A DNA stretch of 64,000 nt from assembly GCA_034439575.1 (NCBI GenBank), contig JAWXAQ010000002.1, forward strand, positions 32,001 to 96,000, given 5' to 3'. Source of the DNA: Leptospira sp. (lineage in GTDB: Bacteria; Spirochaetota; Leptospiria; Leptospirales; Leptospiraceae). The notes beneath the pieces were generated by a model. That model did no database searches, was not told the DNA's origin, and saw only the letters and a program-made list of their open reading frames with translations. The position numbers and the translations under genes were made by a program. Positions 59,818 to 64,000 of the stretch are shown here, piece by piece (the first letter of the stretch is position 1; each line of letters opens with the position of its first letter).

Positions 59818-61494
59818 ATGAACTGGCCTCTACTCATACAAGTCGTCGGTGGATTAGCGATTTTTATCTACGGGATGAAATTGCTAAGTGAATCTTTACA
59901 ACGTGTTGCTGGGGACAGATTACGATCTTTTCTCCAATCAATGACACGGAACAGAGTTTCCGCCGTTCTCAGTGGGATGTTTATCACATCCACCATTCAA
60001 TCTTCTTCTGCAACGACAGTACTGGTTGTAGGATTTGTAAACGCAGGACTCATGCAACTAACAGAGGCTGTTGGTGTGATCATGGGTGCCAATATCGGAA
60101 CGACGATAACTGCATGGATTGTATCCTTTTTGGGATTCAAATTCAATATCGCCTCATTCGCGTTACCTGCCATTGCAGCCGGTATGGTACTTCATTTCTC
60201 TAAAAAAGAGAGCAGATCTGGATGGGGAAGTTTTCTAATCGGATTTGGATTTTTATTTTTGGGATTAGATTATCTAAAGTCCTCTGTGCCTGATTCTGCC
60301 AAAGACCCTGAAACATTTCAATTCCTTGCCCAATATACAAATATGGGTTTTAATACAATCCTACTTTTTGTTTTAATTGGTGCACTATTAACGATTGTTA
60401 TCCAATCCTCTTCTGCTTCGACCACAATCACAATTACTCTGGCATTTTCGGGATTTATTCCAATTGATGCGGCTTATGGGATGATTCTTGGTGAAAACAT
60501 TGGCACGACTATTACAGCGAATTTAGCCGCAATTGCTGGGAATCGAAATGCGAAAAAGGCGGCCTTGGCTCATACTGCTTTTAATATATTCGGTGTTATA
60601 TGGGCATTGATCTTTTTTAAAGCATTTACGGGAATGATAGATAATTTGATTCCTGGCGATCCATTGACTGATAAAGAGTCCACAAGATTTCATATTTCTC
60701 TTTTCCATACTTTGTTTAACGTGACAAACACCTTTATATTGATATGGTTCGTAAATTCATTAACCAAGTTTGTCAGTGTGATCGTTGATACTGTTGCTTC
60801 CAAAACAAGTAGAGAAAAGGATTCAATTCGTCTCTTACAATCAGGTTCTGTAAAAACTACAGAATTGGCTATGCTTGAGCTAGTGGAATATACCAAAAAA
60901 ATCATTCGTGAAACCTATGATTTTTTTCGTCTCACAGAGCAGTTGTTACTTGATCCTTATGATAGCGGTCGTGTCCAACAAGTATTAAAAAAGGAAGAAG
61001 ATTTGGACCAAACAAGAACAGAAGTACTTCAGTATTTGAATGAGATTCAAGCCACTGGAATCACTGGTTCTTATGGTAAAGATGTGCTCGGGATTATGGA
61101 GCGAGTGAAAGCTGTAGAAGAAATGGGAGATAATTTTGCTGCCATTGCTAGAAAACTGCGCAAAGCCCACCGACAAAAATTGGATTTGGATAAGACATCT
61201 CAATCAGCCATTACCGACCAAATCGAATTACTCAAACACCATTATGAACTTCTACTTGGAAATTTAGAAAAAAGTGAATCATTTGATATCCTTGGAAATC
61301 CTCAAATTCGTAACCAGAGTCGTGACTATCGATTCAGAATGATTGAAGTACTCAAGAAAAATGAGTCAAAGATCAGAAAGAAAAAATACCAAAAGAAATC
61401 CAATTTTATGTCAGCATTGCTCTATAGAGATATAGCGAGAAATTTAGATAATATTTCTAGATACTTGAATGCTTCCATTTATGCGGATGTCTAA
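59818..61494 (+). CDS. Na+/Pi cotransporter family protein with PhoU-like tail
   Basis: Two QSSS motifs, MGANIGTT, LGENIGTT. Confidence 0.92.
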   Translation: MNWPLLIQVVGGLAIFIYGMKLLSESLQRVAGDRLRSFLQSMTRNRVSAVLSGMFITSTIQSSSATTVLVVGFVNAGLMQLTEAVGVIMGANIGTTITAWIVSFLGFKFNIASFALPAIAAGMVLHFSKKESRSGWGSFLIGFGFLFLGLDYLKSSVPDSAKDPETFQFLAQYTNMGFNTILLFVLIGALLTIVIQSSSASTTITITLAFSGFIPIDAAYGMILGENIGTTITANLAAIAGNRNAKKAALAHTAFNIFGVIWALIFFKAFTGMIDNLIPGDPLTDKESTRFHISLFHTLFNVTNTFILIWFVNSLTKFVSVIVDTVASKTSREKDSIRLLQSGSVKTTELAMLELVEYTKKIIRETYDFFRLTEQLLLDPYDSGRVQQVLKKEEDLDQTRTEVLQYLNEIQATGITGSYGKDVLGIMERVKAVEEMGDNFAAIARKLRKAHRQKLDLDKTSQSAITDQIELLKHHYELLLGNLEKSESFDILGNPQIRNQSRDYRFRMIEVLKKNESKIRKKKYQKKSNFMSALLYRDIARNLDNISRYLNASIYADV

Positions 61495-61509
61495 GGAAAA
61501 TTAATGACT

Positions 61510-61539
61510 AGATGATCCGAAGATGATTTCGGATCATCT
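61510..61539. terminator. Hairpin between convergent genes, overlapping the stop of the PP2C gene
   Basis: AGATGATCCGAA-gatgat-TTCGGATCATCT. Confidence 0.7.
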
Positions 61540-63585
61540 GACAGCAAACACTAAATAGGTGATGTCGTCCTCTGGGGCGATATTCCTTGTTCTTTTGGAA
61601 ATGAAAGTATCAATTTCTTCCATCATCTTATCGATTTCTAAATCCCAATTTTTATAAAACCAATTGATGAGTTCTGTTTCACCGGATCCTTCCGCTAAGG
61701 ACTGATGACCTGTTTCATCTCGTTCCCAAATATCCCATAACCCGTCCGTATAAATTACAAAACGGTCTCCTGATTCTAAAAGGTATTCTTCTTCTGGATA
61801 ATCTACATCTTTTGAAAATCCAATAAGTTTACCTTTAGGTCTAACTGAGCTTATGCTACGATTTTTATGACTGAGATGATAAAGAGGTGGATGACCTGCA
61901 TTAGCAACACGAAAGTATTTTTCCTCCAAATTGAAATAGAGAGCAGAAGCAGTTAAAAATTGATTTTTATAAGTTCCGACGAGTGAACGATTAATTTTTT
62001 CTAAAATAAGTCCTGGGCTACTAGCAAAGCGAAGAGATTGGGTATAAGCAATTTTTAGCATAGCGGCTTCTATCGCCGCGGGAACGCCATGTCCTGTAAC
62101 ATCCGCGATCAAGCAACTAAGTTCTGTTTCACTAAGTTTAATAATATCATAAAAATCTCCACCTACAAGAGAGGCTGGTTTATAACCTGCCTTTATATCT
62201 ATATCTTCCGGATGAATGAAATTTTCAGGAAGTGTGGACTCTTGTAATTTTTGTGCGAGGATCAGTTCTTTTTGAAATGCCATTAGTTTTTGTTTGTTTA
62301 CTTCTGCCCGCATTTGTATGCGTTCATTATCTCGTCCGATTAGAGTTATGCGATCCCCTAGACCAAATGCCATAAGTACCACTTCGATAGCCATAGCAAT
62401 TTGAAAGGCATTTTCTGTGAAAGCATTCACAGGCAAAACGCCCATATATTTTAACAAAGTGCCAATGCCACCGATAATCACAAATAAAAATGCAAAAAAG
62501 AAAAATAGTCCGGGTCGAAATTTACCAACAAAGGCGATGTAATATGAAGTAACTAAACCCAAGATCGCAACTAACATAGAGAATACGTCACCAGACTCAT
62601 TCATTAATCGGTATGGCAAAAAGAATAATAAAACTATCCCAATAGATGGGAAAATCATAAAAACAAGAAAAGTCCGATAGAAAAAAGTGGAGTTCTCTTT
62701 TAAATTCATAAAAGTGATACTCATGGGAAATGTAAGAAGTAAAAATAAGTAATATATGATATTATGTAAGTGCCATACTAAGGCAGGTGAATCTGGAAAA
62801 AAGAATAAAGGCAGTAGTCCATTCAATGATAATTGAAAAAAGATAGAACCGAACAATAGGTATATAACATAAAAAATATATGCCTTATCTCGAAAGAGCA
62901 AAAATACAAATAAATTGTAAAGGGTCATCACTCCTACAATGCCAAAATAAATTCCTTGAAAGATAAAATCTTCGGCAACAAAATCATAAAAGTCTTTTTC
63001 TTTTGAAATGTATATGGGAACAGACATCGAACTATCTGTTTTAACTTCTATAAAGATCGTTCTAAGCTCCCCTGCATTTAACTGAATCTCATGCCCGAAT
63101 CCTCGGTATTTCACTTCTCGTTTTGTTTGAGTATAAAGTCTCCCTTGCGTTTTTTCAGTTATATTACCCTCTGAAAATATATCAAAAAATTTTATTTCAT
63201 CTAACAAGGGATATTTGATGAATGTAATGAGTTTTAATGGGCTTGCGGTATCATTTTTGATTTCAAAACAAAACCAATACCTTTTGTCTGTATTTCCGAA
63301 GTTTGGTATATTGCCATTCGTAGATAAAAAATCCAACGATTCTCTTTTATAAATGATATCATTGAATTGGATATTTGGATCCGATTCCGAGTGGTACTTG
63401 AGATAATTAGATAGGTCATGTTTTTCTGAGAGAGCACTCGTAACAAGAGTTTGGCTCTTCGGGCAAAATTTCGCCGGGATTGCTTTGTTTTTGTCGGACC
63501 CGAGGAGAGGGGTGATTAAAATAAGAAAAACACCCAAGGATTTTATAAATCTTGTCGAATCCTTGTGCGTTTTGCTTAGAAACAT
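61534..63585 (-). CDS. 7TM-DISM receptor with SpoIIE/PP2C phosphatase output
   Basis: NFGNTDKRYWF; 7TM; VGGDFYD, IADVTGHG, NAGHPP, YTDGL, EDDIT. Confidence 0.92.
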   Translation of the reverse strand: MFLSKTHKDSTRFIKSLGVFLILITPLLGSDKNKAIPAKFCPKSQTLVTSALSEKHDLSNYLKYHSESDPNIQFNDIIYKRESLDFLSTNGNIPNFGNTDKRYWFCFEIKNDTASPLKLITFIKYPLLDEIKFFDIFSEGNITEKTQGRLYTQTKREVKYRGFGHEIQLNAGELRTIFIEVKTDSSMSVPIYISKEKDFYDFVAEDFIFQGIYFGIVGVMTLYNLFVFLLFRDKAYIFYVIYLLFGSIFFQLSLNGLLPLFFFPDSPALVWHLHNIIYYLFLLLTFPMSITFMNLKENSTFFYRTFLVFMIFPSIGIVLLFFLPYRLMNESGDVFSMLVAILGLVTSYYIAFVGKFRPGLFFFFAFLFVIIGGIGTLLKYMGVLPVNAFTENAFQIAMAIEVVLMAFGLGDRITLIGRDNERIQMRAEVNKQKLMAFQKELILAQKLQESTLPENFIHPEDIDIKAGYKPASLVGGDFYDIIKLSETELSCLIADVTGHGVPAAIEAAMLKIAYTQSLRFASSPGLILEKINRSLVGTYKNQFLTASALYFNLEEKYFRVANAGHPPLYHLSHKNRSISSVRPKGKLIGFSKDVDYPEEEYLLESGDRFVIYTDGLWDIWERDETGHQSLAEGSGETELINWFYKNWDLEIDKMMEEIDTFISKRTRNIAPEDDITYLVFAVR

Positions 63586-63636
63586 AAGTGGGGGATTAGA
63601 TTTTAAATCATCTCCCTATTTTGTAAACAGAAGAAT

Positions 63637-63963
63637 TTAGGCTACGCCGGCTTCTACACCCGCTAAAGTACGAAGTGCTTCGTATGCTTTTTCTTTCTGA
63701 TTTACTTTTGTTTTATTTACCGCTTTACGTATGATCACATCCCATTGTTTTTCTGGGTGTTCTCCTTTCATATTCTCGAGGAGTTCAAGAACATTTTCAT
63801 CTTCCGAAGCATTGAAGATTTCTTCCATATCGTAGCGAAAGAGTCCAAAAAGAGCATCAATGTAGTCACCTACACTCATACTTTCCTTTTCTCCGCCGAC
63901 GATTTTTTTCTTTTCCATTCTCCGCAGTTCACGTTCTCTGCGTTCTAATTCTGTGCGTTTCAT
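63637..63963 (-). CDS. Hypothetical acidic protein with basic N-terminal coiled coil
   Basis: 108-aa ORF preceded by AGGTGGA RBS. Confidence 0.75.
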   Translation of the reverse strand: MKRTELERRERELRRMEKKKIVGGEKESMSVGDYIDALFGLFRYDMEEIFNASEDENVLELLENMKGEHPEKQWDVIIRKAVNKTKVNQKEKAYEALRTLAGVEAGVA

Positions 63964-64000
63964 ATGAATCCACCTATAAATTTGGTGTCACTTTCACCAT

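Noticed and set aside
1-64000. tRNA/rRNA, IS elements, integrase, prophage, recognisable defence systems
   Set aside because: None recognised by eye; tRNAscan-SE, ISEScan and DefenseFinder would be needed to exclude them formally

Overview
AT-rich chromosomal segment from a Leptospira species, identified by a clear Loa22 ortholog and many lipoproteins with spirochaetal signal peptides. Housekeeping and signalling genes include ada/ogt-like plus alkB, a MaoC pair, plsC-like, pstS, hpt, sixA, rluD-like, uspA, loa22, fumC, a class I fumarase, cysK, sbp, slyD, a Na/Pi cotransporter and three 7TM-DISM sensors. They alternate with accessory surface-lipoprotein genes (Ig/FN3/beta-helix/NHL/ankyrin/SH3) and a few decayed gene remnants. 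I found no rRNA, tRNA, CRISPR array, transposase or prophage. The most notable items are mostly absent from the ORF track. (1) A 24-codon gene MVAKKKAAKKKAAKKKAAKKKAKK (270-344) with its own RBS, structured UTRs and terminator, resembling a minimal histone-H1-tail-like polycation. (2) Two covarying copies of a structured non-coding element resembling the Flavo-1 RNA motif (37805-37883, 44745-44878). (3) A candidate trans-envelope sulfate-acquisition unit: outer-membrane barrel, Cys-rich lipoprotein and Sbp, followed by cysK and a degenerate EAL protein. (4) A membrane-tethered 7TM-DISM/HTH one-component regulator facing a lipoprotein gene across a 15-bp direct repeat. All family assignments come from motif recognition, not database searches.
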